A stretch of DNA of 32,000 nucleotides from Geotalea uraniireducens Rf4 (GTDB lineage: Bacteria; Desulfobacterota; Desulfuromonadia; Geobacterales; Geobacteraceae), in assembly GCF_000016745.1 (NCBI RefSeq), contig NC_009483.1:4950001-4982000 (forward strand), written 5' to 3'. Below, piece by piece: positions 1-9,833 of this stretch. The translations under genes were made by a program, and so were the position numbers. The notes beneath the pieces are model-generated. The model saw only the letters and a list, made by a program, of their open reading frames with translations. It did no database searches and was not told the DNA's origin. The stretch's first letter is position 1. The number at the start of each line of letters is the position of its first letter.

Positions 1-65
1 GCATCTCCATCGGAACCCGTGAAGAAATGGAAAAAACAATGGAAGCCCTGCGCGAAATCGGTTGA
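1..65 (+). CDS. 3' end of an upstream gene; tail resembles a class I/II PLP-dependent aminotransferase (HisC-like)
   Basis: Frame 3 reads ISIGTREEMEKTMEALREIG* with TGA at 63-65. An '(R)ISIGTxEE' tail is typical of histidinol-phosphate/aspartate aminotransferases. Only 21 codons are visible. Confidence 0.35.
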   Translation, partial: ISIGTREEMEKTMEALREIG

Positions 66-1291
66 CCTTGCGCGCAGTTGATTTATTTTCACCATCAGCA
101 AGCATTTTCAGATGCGGAACGGCGGATTTTTTGCAAAAGCAAACGAATAAATACCAACAAGAGTCAACTGACATAATTGAAGACCAGCAAGCGTTGAACC
201 GCCTCGTGGAACGACTCAACACCGAAACAACCCTTGCCTTTGACCTGGAAGCGGATTCGCTCCATCACTACACGGAAAAGGTCTGCCTGATCCAGGTCTC
301 GACAAATTCGGAAACAGCCCTCATCGATCCGCTTGCCCCCCTGGATCTCTCCCCGCTCGCGCCTATTCTGGCAAATCCTGCCGTCCGCAAGGTTTTTCAC
401 GGTGCGGATTATGATATGCGTTCACTCTACCGTGATTTCGGCTTCGAAGTACGCAATCTCTTTGACACCATGATTGCCAGCCAATTCCTCGGCGAAAAGG
501 AAGTCGGGCTTGCCGCAGCATTGAAAAAAAGATTCGGTGTAGAGCTGGACAAGAAATATCAGAAGGCGGACTGGAGCAAGCGCCCTTTTTCTCCGCAGAT
601 GATCGAGTACGCCATGAAGGACACCTCGCTCCTCATCAAGCTTTACCTGCAACTGGAGGATGAACTGCGCGCAAAGGGGAGACTTGCCTGGGTAGAAGAG
701 GAATCGGAAATCGTTTCCTGCGTCAGGGCTGCGTCACGGGACAATGAACCGCTCTTCCTCCGCTTTAAGGGAGCGGCGAAGCTGAAGCCCAGATCGCTTG
801 CCGTGCTGGAGAAACTGCTGCTTTTCAGGGACGAGCGGGCCAGAAAAAGAGATGTCCCCCCGTTCAGGATTCTTGGCAACGAGCCTCTTCGCGAACTGGC
901 GGAACTTCTACCGCGCACAGCCGCAGATCTGACCGGCATACCCGGCATATCGCAGAAACTCATCGATACGTACGGCCGGGAGATACTTAACGTCGTTGCA
1001 CAAGGATTGTCGATTCCTGCCGAGAAACTGCCGCATTATCCTACTGTGCAACGGGTGATAAAGGATCGTTATCAGGAAGAACGCCTGAAACGGCTCAAGG
1101 AGTGGAGAGAAGGCAAGGGGGCGGCGTTGGGGCTAAGCGTGGGGATTATTGCAAATAACAGCCTGCTCGAAGCTTTGTCGGAAGCCGCTCCCGATAGCCT
1201 GGAGAAGCTGGCGGGCATTCCAGGCTTAAAGCGCTGGCAAAAGCAGGAATTCGGCGCCGAACTACTGGATTTGCTCAAAAACGTTTCATAA
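62..1291 (+). CDS. rnd: Ribonuclease D (DEDD 3'-5' exonuclease plus HRDC domains)
   Basis: DEDD motifs are present: LAFDLEADS, HGADYDMRSL, YAMKDT. Two HRDC-like segments follow (LAVLEKLLLFRDERARKRDVPPFRIL...; GIIANNSLLEALSEAAP...GIPGLKRWQ). There is no in-frame ATG near the 5' end. The start is either TTG 62 (overlapping the upstream TGA) or TTG 131, which sits about 7 codons before the 'YQQ...IIEDQQAL' segment that resembles typical RNase D N-termini. Confidence 0.85.
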   Translation: MTLRAVDLFSPSASIFRCGTADFLQKQTNKYQQESTDIIEDQQALNRLVERLNTETTLAFDLEADSLHHYTEKVCLIQVSTNSETALIDPLAPLDLSPLAPILANPAVRKVFHGADYDMRSLYRDFGFEVRNLFDTMIASQFLGEKEVGLAAALKKRFGVELDKKYQKADWSKRPFSPQMIEYAMKDTSLLIKLYLQLEDELRAKGRLAWVEEESEIVSCVRAASRDNEPLFLRFKGAAKLKPRSLAVLEKLLLFRDERARKRDVPPFRILGNEPLRELAELLPRTAADLTGIPGISQKLIDTYGREILNVVAQGLSIPAEKLPHYPTVQRVIKDRYQEERLKRLKEWREGKGAALGLSVGIIANNSLLEALSEAAPDSLEKLAGIPGLKRWQKQEFGAELLDLLKNVS

Positions 1292-1292
1292 T

Positions 1293-2060
1293 TTACGGAG
1301 AAGTTTTTTCCTTCTCGCTTTCATCACTGCCGAACAGGAAATCAAATTCATCCATTGATACCCCCCCCTGCTCCGGAATTACACTTTTTGCCGTCTTGGC
1401 AGGGGCGAGGTTTTCTTCCTGAGCAAAAAAGTCTTCCATTTCAAACTCATCCTGGGCAGCGTCAAATGAAACGGGGGTACTCTCCTTCGTATCAGCAACT
1501 GCCGCCTTTTCCACAAAACCCTCGAACTCCAGGGTTGCTCCTCCACCGATAGCTGTCGCAAACGGGGTTTCAAGTGATGAGTTTGATTCAAGGAGATCGG
1601 CAAAGCTCTCCTCAACAGATGGCTGGACGGCTGAAAGCGCAGCGGCCTGCTGGCTTGACTCTTTTGCCACTTCTTCGAAGGAAAATTCTCCAAATGAATC
1701 TGTCGGGGATTCTTCTCCGAAAGAAAATAACCCTGCATCATCTTTTTCACCCTGAACTGAACCCATGTCAAGGCCCGGAATCGATTCCTCCTGCTTCGGA
1801 GACTCTTCCGCCAAGGACTCATCCCAGCTGAACGAGTTATCTTCGACTAGCGGCTCTGCGATGTTTTCAGGAACTGGTTGCTCCAGTATCGAGCTAGCAA
1901 TTGTAAAACCCATTGCGGGAGCTTCAGCCGCTTTCGCCATAAAAGGAAGAATTACCGGACGGATGCCGAGGGATTCCTTGAATGCAACGAGATCAATGCT
2001 GCATTTTTTGCAATTGTCCAGAAATTCAAAACTGTTGTAACCGCATTTCGGGCATTTCAT
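1293..2060 (-). CDS. Zinc-ribbon protein with a long acidic low-complexity tail (function unknown)
   Basis: The N-terminus MKCPKCGYNSFEFLDNCKKCS has a CxxC...CxxC zinc ribbon. The rest is D/E/S/F-rich. It has an ATG start, and the overlapping + strand ORFs are short and compositionally odd. Confidence 0.7.
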   Translation of the reverse strand: MKCPKCGYNSFEFLDNCKKCSIDLVAFKESLGIRPVILPFMAKAAEAPAMGFTIASSILEQPVPENIAEPLVEDNSFSWDESLAEESPKQEESIPGLDMGSVQGEKDDAGLFSFGEESPTDSFGEFSFEEVAKESSQQAAALSAVQPSVEESFADLLESNSSLETPFATAIGGGATLEFEGFVEKAAVADTKESTPVSFDAAQDEFEMEDFFAQEENLAPAKTAKSVIPEQGGVSMDEFDFLFGSDESEKEKTSP

Positions 2061-2174
2061 GAGTTCCGCTCCCCTTGTCCGCTTCGCCTGCTGATTTTGT
2101 CCGGCCGCTTGGCCGTCCGTCCGGTAGCAAGCAGTAAAACATTCCCTGCCGCCCCTGAGAGTGATTAACTTTAT

Positions 2175-2915
2175 TCAGCCGATATCGCCCCAGTAAAACT
2201 GCAGAATTGACAGTATAATGATACCTGCAGTTTCAGTTCTGACGATCCGTTTACCAAGTGAGAGGGGAATAAAACCGCATGCAGATGCGGCGGCCGCCTC
2301 TTCAGCAGTAAGCCCCCCCTCGGGGCCGACAAGCACGGCGATGCTTTCCGGAATGGGAAGTCCGGACAGGGTTTCCTTGAGCCGGTTCCCCTGCTCTTCC
2401 TCCCAGAGCAACAGCTTAACAGAATGTTGCGCTGCCTGCAATACTTCCGACAGGTTTTCAGCCAGCGTCACCTGCGGGACTGTCCGCCGTTTTGACTGCC
2501 GCGCAGCCTCCGTTGCTATGCGTCGCCAACGCTCGATACGTTCCATGCCACGCTGATGCGTGACTTTGGCAATGGATCTTGCGGCCGTAAAGGGCACTAT
2601 CTCTGCGACACCCAACTCCGTGCATTTCTGGACGATAAATTCCAGTTTATCCCCTTTCGGCATCCCCTGGTAGAGAGTGATACGCGGCCCATTATCTCCC
2701 GTTGGCGCCGCCGGCCCCTCCTCCACCCTGATTTCGAGGCTTTTGGCTCCGACTGCGGTAATAACGCCGGTGCATTCCCTCCCCGCCCCATCGGCCAGGA
2801 TTACGCTGGTCCCCGCTTTCAGGCGCAACACCTTCGCCATGTGCCGGAACAGATCTCCGCTGACCGTAACCTTGCCGTCGTTGATGATACTGTCAGCGAG
2901 GATGAAGCGTCGCAC
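2175..2915 (-). CDS. rsmE: 16S rRNA (uracil1498-N3)-methyltransferase RsmE
   Basis: Typical RsmE layout: an N-terminal PUA-like region (RFILADS...FRHMAKVLRLKAG) and a C-terminal SPOUT region (AVLVGPEGGLTAEE...LGKRIVRTETAG). GTG start at 2915 directly abuts the prmA stop codon. Confidence 0.9.
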   Translation of the reverse strand: MRRFILADSIINDGKVTVSGDLFRHMAKVLRLKAGTSVILADGAGRECTGVITAVGAKSLEIRVEEGPAAPTGDNGPRITLYQGMPKGDKLEFIVQKCTELGVAEIVPFTAARSIAKVTHQRGMERIERWRRIATEAARQSKRRTVPQVTLAENLSEVLQAAQHSVKLLLWEEEQGNRLKETLSGLPIPESIAVLVGPEGGLTAEEAAAASACGFIPLSLGKRIVRTETAGIIILSILQFYWGDIG

Positions 2916-3863
2916 CTATTTGCTCTCCAGGCGGAAACCGAGACAGCTCCATTCCGCTTCGCGACGGCGTTCAATCAGGGAAAGACCAAAACCGCCAAAA
3001 CCGTTGATGACGAACTCTTCCTTCTCCGTCAGGATGCCCGACAATACCAGATAACCACCTGGCGCAGTCCTGTCGACAAGTTCCGGCGCCAGTCGCACCA
3101 ACTCTTCGGCGAGTATGTTTGCCAGGACGATGTCGTACCTCCCCGGCACATCCTGAAGAGCGGTGGTCGATACGGCAACGAGAGGCAGCGCATCGTTGAG
3201 CGCCAGATTTTCCTCCGCCACCGAGACGGCATCGGCGTCTATGTCGATGGCCGTTATCCGCTCGGCGCCCAGCTTGGCAGCCGCGATGCTGAGCACGCCG
3301 GAACCGGTGCCCACGTCAAGAACCGTGACCGGGTCGAGGTGCTTCCCATCCCCATTGTACGGCCCCTCGCCGTAGAAAATCATCTCCAGCACTTCCAGAC
3401 ACATCTTTGTCGTTGGATGGGCGCCGGTACCGAACGCCATGCCTGGGTCCAGCTTCAGGACAATATCACCCTCGCCGGCAGCATATTCCTCCCAAGTCGG
3501 CTTTATCACCAGTCGTGAGCCGATGCGGACGGGCTTGAAGTACTCTTTCCAGTTGTTTGCCCAGTCCTCCTCCTTGATCGTAGCCACCACAGGATGCTTG
3601 AAAACAAACCCGGCAAAAGCAGAGCCATGGGCATGCAAAAAGGTCTCAATAGCGTCAAGCTGGCTGCCAAGTGGAGAGTCACCGTTAAAATAGGCCTTTA
3701 CCGTTTTTACAGGTGAATCTTCTACCGTTTCCAGGGAAAAGGTATCGAGGGCAAGATTTTCGATGCTGACGCCGTTCCCGGAAAGTTCAACGAGAAAATC
3801 CGACAAGAGGTCCACCATAGCCACAGGAACCTCGCAGGAAATCTCAGCCCAAAGTGTTTTCAT
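2916..3863 (-). CDS. prmA: Ribosomal protein L11 methyltransferase PrmA
   Basis: MKTLWAEISCEV... N-terminus, SAM motif VLDVGTGSGVLSIAAAKLGA, and LANILAE. I place the start at ATG 3863, preceded by AGGAGAAGAATTT. The track ORF extends to 4064, but the extra 67 aa look non-coding (Cys/Tyr-rich) and overlap the divergent promoter and the neighbouring gene. Confidence 0.9.
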   Translation of the reverse strand: MKTLWAEISCEVPVAMVDLLSDFLVELSGNGVSIENLALDTFSLETVEDSPVKTVKAYFNGDSPLGSQLDAIETFLHAHGSAFAGFVFKHPVVATIKEEDWANNWKEYFKPVRIGSRLVIKPTWEEYAAGEGDIVLKLDPGMAFGTGAHPTTKMCLEVLEMIFYGEGPYNGDGKHLDPVTVLDVGTGSGVLSIAAAKLGAERITAIDIDADAVSVAEENLALNDALPLVAVSTTALQDVPGRYDIVLANILAEELVRLAPELVDRTAPGGYLVLSGILTEKEEFVINGFGGFGLSLIERRREAEWSCLGFRLESK

Positions 3864-3938
3864 AAATTCTTCTCCTGGCAACAAATATAAATGCAAGGCT
3901 AAACTACCAGAATATATAAGGCAATAGCAATAAAAACC

Positions 3939-3967
3939 TTGACAAAACAGGAAATCTGAGGTGTAAT
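3939..3967 (+). promoter_or_regulatory. Candidate sigma70 promoter for the M20 amidohydrolase gene
   Basis: TTGACA (3939-3944), 17 nt spacer, TGTAAT (3962-3967), about 34 nt upstream of ATG 4001. Confidence 0.5.
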
Positions 3968-4000
3968 TTTCATTAAAATTATTTCGGAGTACATGCCACC

Positions 4001-5161
4001 ATGTCCGCAGCAAAAAGATCCATTCTTGCCTTTGTTGAGAGCAAGCGGGAAGAGCTGACAGCAATAGCCGAAGAGCTGTACCGACACCCGGAAACCGGTC
4101 TCATGGAATTCAAGGCGTCGGCGCTACTGGCCGAAATACTGGGTAAAAATGGGTTTGTTGTGGAACGCGGCATTGCCGGACTGGAAACGGCTTTCCGTGC
4201 CAGCATCGGCACTGCCGGACCAAGCATAGCCATACTGGCCGAAATGGACGCGCTCCCGGAAATGGGCCATGCCTGCGGCCATAACATTATCGCTGCTGCC
4301 GCAGTAGGCGCCGCCCTCGCCCTCCGCCATGTCCTGCCGCAGGATGCCGCGCGTATCATCGTTCTCGGCACGCCTGCAGAGGAGTTGGGCATAGGCAAGG
4401 TTGAGCTGGTCAGAAAAGGGGCGCTTGACGACGTGGATTTTGCCATGATGGTTCATCCTTCATCAAAACGGCAGGTCGTCAAAATGTATCTGGGCCTTGC
4501 CAGAGTGCGTTTCACCTTCCTCGGCAGGCCTGCCCATGCGGCGGCCTATCCTGACGAAGGAATAAACGCCCTGGATGCCGTCATCCAGACTTTTAACGGA
4601 ATCAATGCATTGCGTCAGCAATTGCGCCAGAACGTACGGGTTCACGGCATCATTACCGAGGGAGGGGTCGCGCCCAACATCATCCCGGAAAGGGGGGGAT
4701 GCTACTTTTACGTCAGGGCTGACGATCTGGAAGAGGTAGAAGAGGTAAAAAAGCGGGTCATCGCCTGTGCCCAAGGGGCAGCCCTTGCCAGCGGCTGCCG
4801 CCTCCTGGTGGACGAGGATGAGAGGGTATTGGCGCCGCTCAGGATCAACCGGGCCTTTTCCGCACTCTACTCCTCACAGCTCAGCTATTTGGATCTTCAG
4901 GAATCGACCGCGCCAGCCGATAAAAATAAAGGCTCCTCCGATATAGGCAACGTCTCGCAGGTCGTGCCAACCATCCATCCCCATGTCCCCATTGGTGACG
5001 GACTTCATATTCACAGTGAGGATTTTGCCAGGGCAACGGTCTCCGAGAAGGGGAAGGAAGCTGTCTTGGAGGGGGCCAGGGCAATGGCCCTGACAGCGAC
5101 GGAACTGATCGCCTCCACCGAATGGCAGCAAAAAATTATCAAAGAATTCAAGTCGGGATGA
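4001..5161 (+). CDS. M20-family amidohydrolase/metallopeptidase (AbgB/YxeP-like)
   Basis: EMDALPE..GHACGHN metal-binding signature and the overall M20D layout with an inserted dimerisation domain. Confidence 0.85.
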   Translation: MSAAKRSILAFVESKREELTAIAEELYRHPETGLMEFKASALLAEILGKNGFVVERGIAGLETAFRASIGTAGPSIAILAEMDALPEMGHACGHNIIAAAAVGAALALRHVLPQDAARIIVLGTPAEELGIGKVELVRKGALDDVDFAMMVHPSSKRQVVKMYLGLARVRFTFLGRPAHAAAYPDEGINALDAVIQTFNGINALRQQLRQNVRVHGIITEGGVAPNIIPERGGCYFYVRADDLEEVEEVKKRVIACAQGAALASGCRLLVDEDERVLAPLRINRAFSALYSSQLSYLDLQESTAPADKNKGSSDIGNVSQVVPTIHPHVPIGDGLHIHSEDFARATVSEKGKEAVLEGARAMALTATELIASTEWQQKIIKEFKSG

Positions 5162-5265
5162 TTTATTTTTTTGCGTAACGTTAAAATCATGGTATATATT
5201 TAATGAATTTCCAGGACACGCCGATACGCTATATATAAATACATGCTTTGAGCAGGATGATTACT

Positions 5266-6075
5266 ATGCAGCGGATATATCTTCTCTCCGACGCAACGGG
5301 AGAAACAGTCGAAAGGGTGGTACGCGCCGCCTTGACCCAGTTCAAGAATGTGGATGTGAAACTCCACCGGATGAGCCGCCTGCGGACGCGTGAAGATATC
5401 AGCCTGGCCCTTGATGAAGCAGCAAAACAACCCGGCGTTATTTTCTACACCCTCGTTGACAACGTACTTGCACAATACTTGCACAATGAAGCAAATCTGC
5501 GTGAGCTGGAAGCGATTGACCTGATAACTCCCCTCCTTTTCAAACTGGCGAGCCTGCTCGGAATACCGCCGCAAAAGGAGCCGGGGCTGCTCTACCAGCT
5601 CAACACCGAATATTACAAGCGAATGGAGGCGGTCGACTTCACCGTCAAGCAGGACGACGGCCAGGAACCGAGAAATCTCTACAAGGCGGATATCGTTCTT
5701 GTCGGGGTTTCAAGGACCTCGAAAACCCCGCTTTCCATGTATCTGGCCCACAAGGGGTACAAAGTTGCCAATGTCCCCATCGTCCTCGGCATAGAGCCGC
5801 CCAAGGAACTCTATCAGGTTGAAAAGATCCGGGTGGTGGGACTCATCATCGATGCAAAGAGGCTCGTCGATATCCGGAGCGCGCGCCTGCGCAACATGCG
5901 GCAAAGCCCGCGCGGCAGCTATGCCGATTACCAGCGGGTCGAGGAAGAGCTGGATTACTGCCGCAAACTGTACCGAAAACACCCGGACTGGCAGGTGATC
6001 GACGTGACGAACAAGTCAGTGGAAGAGTCTGCTGCGGAGATTTTAAAGAGATACGACGAGGGTTTTCCTGACTGA
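5266..6075 (+). CDS. Pyruvate,water/phosphate dikinase regulatory protein (DUF299, PpsR/PDRP family kinase-phosphotransferase)
   Basis: [16 protein letters not shown]-terminus and the P-loop-like [21 protein letters not shown] 5266 has AGGA 8 nt upstream. In-frame alternatives are ATG 5257 and TTG 5248. Confidence 0.85.
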   Translation: MQRIYLLSDATGETVERVVRAALTQFKNVDVKLHRMSRLRTREDISLALDEAAKQPGVIFYTLVDNVLAQYLHNEANLRELEAIDLITPLLFKLASLLGIPPQKEPGLLYQLNTEYYKRMEAVDFTVKQDDGQEPRNLYKADIVLVGVSRTSKTPLSMYLAHKGYKVANVPIVLGIEPPKELYQVEKIRVVGLIIDAKRLVDIRSARLRNMRQSPRGSYADYQRVEEELDYCRKLYRKHPDWQVIDVTNKSVEESAAEILKRYDEGFPD

Positions 6076-6149
6076 CTTGAATTTATGTCGCCCCATTTTC
6101 AGGACATGCAGAGCAAAATAAAATATCAACACAAAGAGAGGGAGTCATC

Positions 6150-6824
6150 ATGAGAATTCTGGTAGTGGAAGATGAGAAAAAAGTATTGAGTTTCATCAAG
6201 CGCGGTTTGGAAGAAGAACAATATGAAGTCCTTACGGCAAGTGACGGCGAGGAAGGATTAAAAATGGCGCTTGATATGCCATATGATCTGATCATACTCG
6301 ACTGGATGCTTCCCAAGCAGGATGGCCTTAGTGTGCTCAAGGAGCTGAGGAACCAAAAAAACGCAACCCCGGTTTTGATGCTGACCGCCAAGGATTCGGT
6401 TGAAGACATCGTGGCCGGCCTCGATTCCGGTTCGGACGATTATCTGACCAAGCCTTTCGCCTTTGCCGAACTTCTCGCCAGGGTCAGGGCACTGCTGCGC
6501 AGGAGCGAACAGGACCGGGGCGCCGAAATACGTTTCAGCGACCTGCGTCTTGACCCGGTAACCCACAAGGTATGGCGCAAAGACAAGGAGATTGATCTCA
6601 CCGCCAAGGAATATGGGCTGCTTGAATACTTCATGCGCAACCCGCACGAAGTTTTGACCCGAACCATGATTGCCGAACACGTCTGGGATTACACCTTCGA
6701 CAGCTTTACCAACATCATTGATGTTTATGTCAATTACCTGCGTAAGAAGATCGACCGTGATGCCGACAAAAAGCTGATCCACACTGTCCGAGGGGTTGGT
6801 TACATCCTGAAAGAGGAGGATTGA
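6150..6824 (+). CDS. OmpR-family two-component response regulator
   Basis: Receiver domain (MRILVVEDE, DLIILDWMLP, LTAKD) plus a winged-helix output domain (LTAKEYGLLEYF..., IHTVRGVGY). RBS GAGGGAG lies upstream. Confidence 0.9.
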   Translation: MRILVVEDEKKVLSFIKRGLEEEQYEVLTASDGEEGLKMALDMPYDLIILDWMLPKQDGLSVLKELRNQKNATPVLMLTAKDSVEDIVAGLDSGSDDYLTKPFAFAELLARVRALLRRSEQDRGAEIRFSDLRLDPVTHKVWRKDKEIDLTAKEYGLLEYFMRNPHEVLTRTMIAEHVWDYTFDSFTNIIDVYVNYLRKKIDRDADKKLIHTVRGVGYILKEED

Positions 6825-6828
6825 TTAG

Positions 6829-8238
6829 TTGTTTTTCAGATCAATCCGTTTCACTCTGACGCTCTGGTACTTGGTAACATCGGCCGTCATTTTGCTGCTG
6901 TTCAGCACGTTTCTCTATCTGACCATCAGTAGTCGGCTCTTTGCAGAAGTAGACCGGGAACTACTGGCCATTGCAGAAGCAGTGGCCAGTCCCACCCTGG
7001 AGCCATTCCGCAACTCGGCGCCGTCAGTGCTGGACCAGGTACTGGAGGATTTCATCGGTCCCAAGTTCGCCGATAAATTCGTGCAGATATCCGACGCCAG
7101 TGGGCGGGTCTTTTCCCGTTCGAAAAACCTTCAACAGTTCCGCCTTCCTCTGGACAAACCGACCCTGCTGATTGCCGGCCTCGGCAAAAGCTCCTCTCAG
7201 ACCCGGAAGGGACCACATGCTCACCGCATCCGCACCATTGTCTTGCCGGTCATGGCAGATGGCCGGCTTGAACAGATCGTCCAGGTGGGAGCACCACTCA
7301 CTGGCGTTACAGAAACCCTCGACAAGATACTTCTTGTTTTAACCGTTTCCATACCGTCGTCCCTTCTTCTGCTCTGGTGTGGAGGGTGGTTTCTTGCCGG
7401 CAGGGCATTGAAACCTGTCGATCTCATCACACGGAGCGCACAGAAAATCAGCGCAGAAAACCTGAGCCACCGCCTGGAAGTGGTCAACCCCAACGACGAG
7501 ATCGGACGACTGGCCGAGACCTTCAATCACACCCTTGACCGGCTGGAGAGCTCCTTTAATCGCACGAGACGGTTTTCCACCGATGTTTCCCATGAATTGC
7601 GCACCCCGCTGACCATACTTCGCGGAGAGACTGAAGTTGGCCTCCGCTGGTGCGGCAATCCCGATGAGTTTAAGAAAATCCTGCGGAGCAACCTGGAAGA
7701 AATAAACAGGATGTCGGATATCATCGCTCATCTCCTCGAATTGTCCAGGGCAGAAGAGGGGAAACTTACCCTTGATCTGAAACGGGTGGACCTGCAAGAG
7801 CTGCTTCAGAATCTTGTCCAGCAGACCAGGTTGCCTGCAGAGGAACAGAAGATAGCTATTGCCATGACCGGCAGCGGGCCGGTTTATGTATCAGGGGACA
7901 TACTGCGGCTTAAACAGATATTCCTCAACCTATTGGATAACGCCTTGAAATTCACTCCGTACGGTGGTGAAATCCGTGTGCTCCTTGAACATGAACCTGG
8001 CTGGGCAAAGGTTTCGGTAATAGACTCCGGTCCGGGAATCCCCGAAAAAGACCTCCCTTATATTTTCGACCAGTTTTACCGAGTAGACAAGGCCAGGAAC
8101 CGTAAGGACGGCGGCAGCGGACTTGGGCTCTCCCTTGTCAGGTCGCTCAGCGAAGCGCACGGCGGCAGGGTTGAACTGCAGTGCAACCCCGGCGGTGGCT
8201 GCGCCTTCACCGTTTATCTCCCGACAACACCCCCCTGA
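6829..8238 (+). CDS. Sensor histidine kinase (two TM segments, HAMP, HisKA, HATPase_c)
   Basis: H-box SHELRTPLT, N-box LLDNALKFT, G1 DSGPGI, G2 GSGLGLS. TTG start lies 4 nt after the response regulator stop, so the two are probably co-transcribed. Confidence 0.88.
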   Translation: MFFRSIRFTLTLWYLVTSAVILLLFSTFLYLTISSRLFAEVDRELLAIAEAVASPTLEPFRNSAPSVLDQVLEDFIGPKFADKFVQISDASGRVFSRSKNLQQFRLPLDKPTLLIAGLGKSSSQTRKGPHAHRIRTIVLPVMADGRLEQIVQVGAPLTGVTETLDKILLVLTVSIPSSLLLLWCGGWFLAGRALKPVDLITRSAQKISAENLSHRLEVVNPNDEIGRLAETFNHTLDRLESSFNRTRRFSTDVSHELRTPLTILRGETEVGLRWCGNPDEFKKILRSNLEEINRMSDIIAHLLELSRAEEGKLTLDLKRVDLQELLQNLVQQTRLPAEEQKIAIAMTGSGPVYVSGDILRLKQIFLNLLDNALKFTPYGGEIRVLLEHEPGWAKVSVIDSGPGIPEKDLPYIFDQFYRVDKARNRKDGGSGLGLSLVRSLSEAHGGRVELQCNPGGGCAFTVYLPTTPP

Positions 8239-8266
8239 TCCGGCATCGGAAATATGCTTCATGCGG

Positions 8267-8295
8267 TTGACAAAGAGAATTCCGATTATTATCTT
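8267..8295 (+). promoter_or_regulatory. Candidate sigma70 promoter for htrA/degP
   Basis: TTGACA (8267-8272), 17 nt spacer, TATCTT (8290-8295). An AAGGAGG RBS follows at about 8312-8318, ahead of ATG 8325. Confidence 0.55.
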
Positions 8296-8324
8296 TATAC
8301 GGCAATTTTCTTAAGGAGGCATTC

Positions 8325-9725
8325 ATGCGTAAACAATCTACAAAGATTTTGGCACTCGTCATCTGTTGCGTAACGTTGTCAGGCCTTTTTAGCGAAAGCG
8401 CTCCGGCGAAGGCCGTCACCCCGGATTTCGTCGAACTGGCAAAGAAACTTAAACCGACCGTAGTGAATATCAGCACGGCTAAGACCATAAAGCCGCAACG
8501 ACGTTTTCAGCGCCCCTTCGGCACCCCTTTCGGTAACGACCCATTCCAGGATTTTTTTGATCGGTTTTTCGATGAATCTCAGCAACACCCCTATAAGCAG
8601 AAGAGCCTCGGCTCGGGTTTCATAATAAGCGACGAGGGGTACATCATTACCAACAACCACGTTGTGTCCGGTGCTGATGAAATCAAGGTGAAGCTTTCCG
8701 ACGGTCGCGAATTTAAAGGTGAGATCAAGGGCTCCGATGAAAAGCTCGATCTCGCCCTGGTCAAGATTTCCGCCAAAGACCATCTGCCGGTCGCAACCCT
8801 GGGGGACAGCGACACCATTGAAGTGGGCGAATGGGTAATGGCGATCGGTAATCCGTTCGGTTTGGCACAGACGGTAACTGCCGGGATCGTCAGCGCCCAG
8901 GGAAGGGTAATCGGCAGCGGCCCCTATGACGACTTTATCCAGACCGACGCATCCATCAACCCCGGCAACTCGGGCGGCCCCCTTTTCAATGCTCACGGAG
9001 AAGTAATCGGCATCAATACCGCCATCATCGCCGGCGGACAGGGAATCGGTTTCGCCATTCCGGTCAACATGGCAAAGAACATCATTACCCAGTTGAAGGA
9101 AACAGGAAAAGTAACGAGGGGATGGATCGGGGTTTCCATACAGCCGATAACCCCTGAACTTGCCCAGTCATTCGACTTGGAGGGGGAAAAAGGCGCGCTG
9201 GTTGCCGAGATTGTCAAGGATAGCCCGGCCGAAAAAGCCGGCATAAAGACCGGCGACATCATCCTGGAGTTCAATGGCAAGATGATCCATGAGATGAACG
9301 AACTGCCTCGGCTGGTAGCGGCAACACCGGTCGGGAAAAAGGTTACGGTCAAAATATTGCGTGAAGGAAAATCCGAAGATGTTCCCGTGACCGTTGAACG
9401 ACTCAAGGATGGAGAAGCGGGCGGGCAGCCGGGAATAGGACAGGACAGACTGGGAATGACCGTCAGGGCGCTGAACAAGGATCTGGCTGCCAGGATGGGG
9501 ATCAAAGAGCAAAGCGGTGTTGTCGTGACGGAGATCAAGGCCGGCGGCAGTGCTGAACAGGCCGGGATCTCCATTGGGGACATCATCAGGGAAATCAACG
9601 GCGCCAGGATCGACAGTATCGGCGATTATGAAAAGGCAGTTACCGCACACAAGAAGGGCGGGGTAATACGTCTCTTGTTGCGCAGGGGAGAAAGTTCCCT
9701 CTTCGTGGCCTTCAAGGTCGAGTAG
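8325..9725 (+). CDS. htrA: Periplasmic serine endoprotease, HtrA/DegP/DegQ family (trypsin-like domain plus two PDZ domains)
   Basis: Signal peptide, then a catalytic triad context of TNNHVV (His), DLALVKI (Asp) and GNSGGPL (Ser). Two PDZ-like segments follow. Confidence 0.92.
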   Translation: MRKQSTKILALVICCVTLSGLFSESAPAKAVTPDFVELAKKLKPTVVNISTAKTIKPQRRFQRPFGTPFGNDPFQDFFDRFFDESQQHPYKQKSLGSGFIISDEGYIITNNHVVSGADEIKVKLSDGREFKGEIKGSDEKLDLALVKISAKDHLPVATLGDSDTIEVGEWVMAIGNPFGLAQTVTAGIVSAQGRVIGSGPYDDFIQTDASINPGNSGGPLFNAHGEVIGINTAIIAGGQGIGFAIPVNMAKNIITQLKETGKVTRGWIGVSIQPITPELAQSFDLEGEKGALVAEIVKDSPAEKAGIKTGDIILEFNGKMIHEMNELPRLVAATPVGKKVTVKILREGKSEDVPVTVERLKDGEAGGQPGIGQDRLGMTVRALNKDLAARMGIKEQSGVVVTEIKAGGSAEQAGISIGDIIREINGARIDSIGDYEKAVTAHKKGGVIRLLLRRGESSLFVAFKVE

Positions 9726-9749
9726 CAAAACCTTCCACCAACCACACAT

Positions 9750-9789
9750 AAAAAAAACCCCGGCCGGTAAAGGACGGGGGTTTTTGTTT
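9750..9789. terminator. Bidirectional intrinsic terminator between convergent htrA and recQ
   Basis: An A7 run, a GC-rich hairpin (CCCCGGCC-GGTAAA-GGACGGGG) and a T5 run. The A tract on one side and T tract on the other fit termination in both directions. Confidence 0.7.
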
Positions 9790-9833
9790 CTTCTGCGGTT
9801 TACCCGTTGATCGCCATCTCCGACATCGGCAAA

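Noticed and set aside
3864-4064. 67-aa N-terminal extension of prmA.
   Set aside because: It runs through the AT-rich divergent promoter region and overlaps the M20 gene start. ATG 3863 has a good RBS and gives the canonical PrmA N-terminus.
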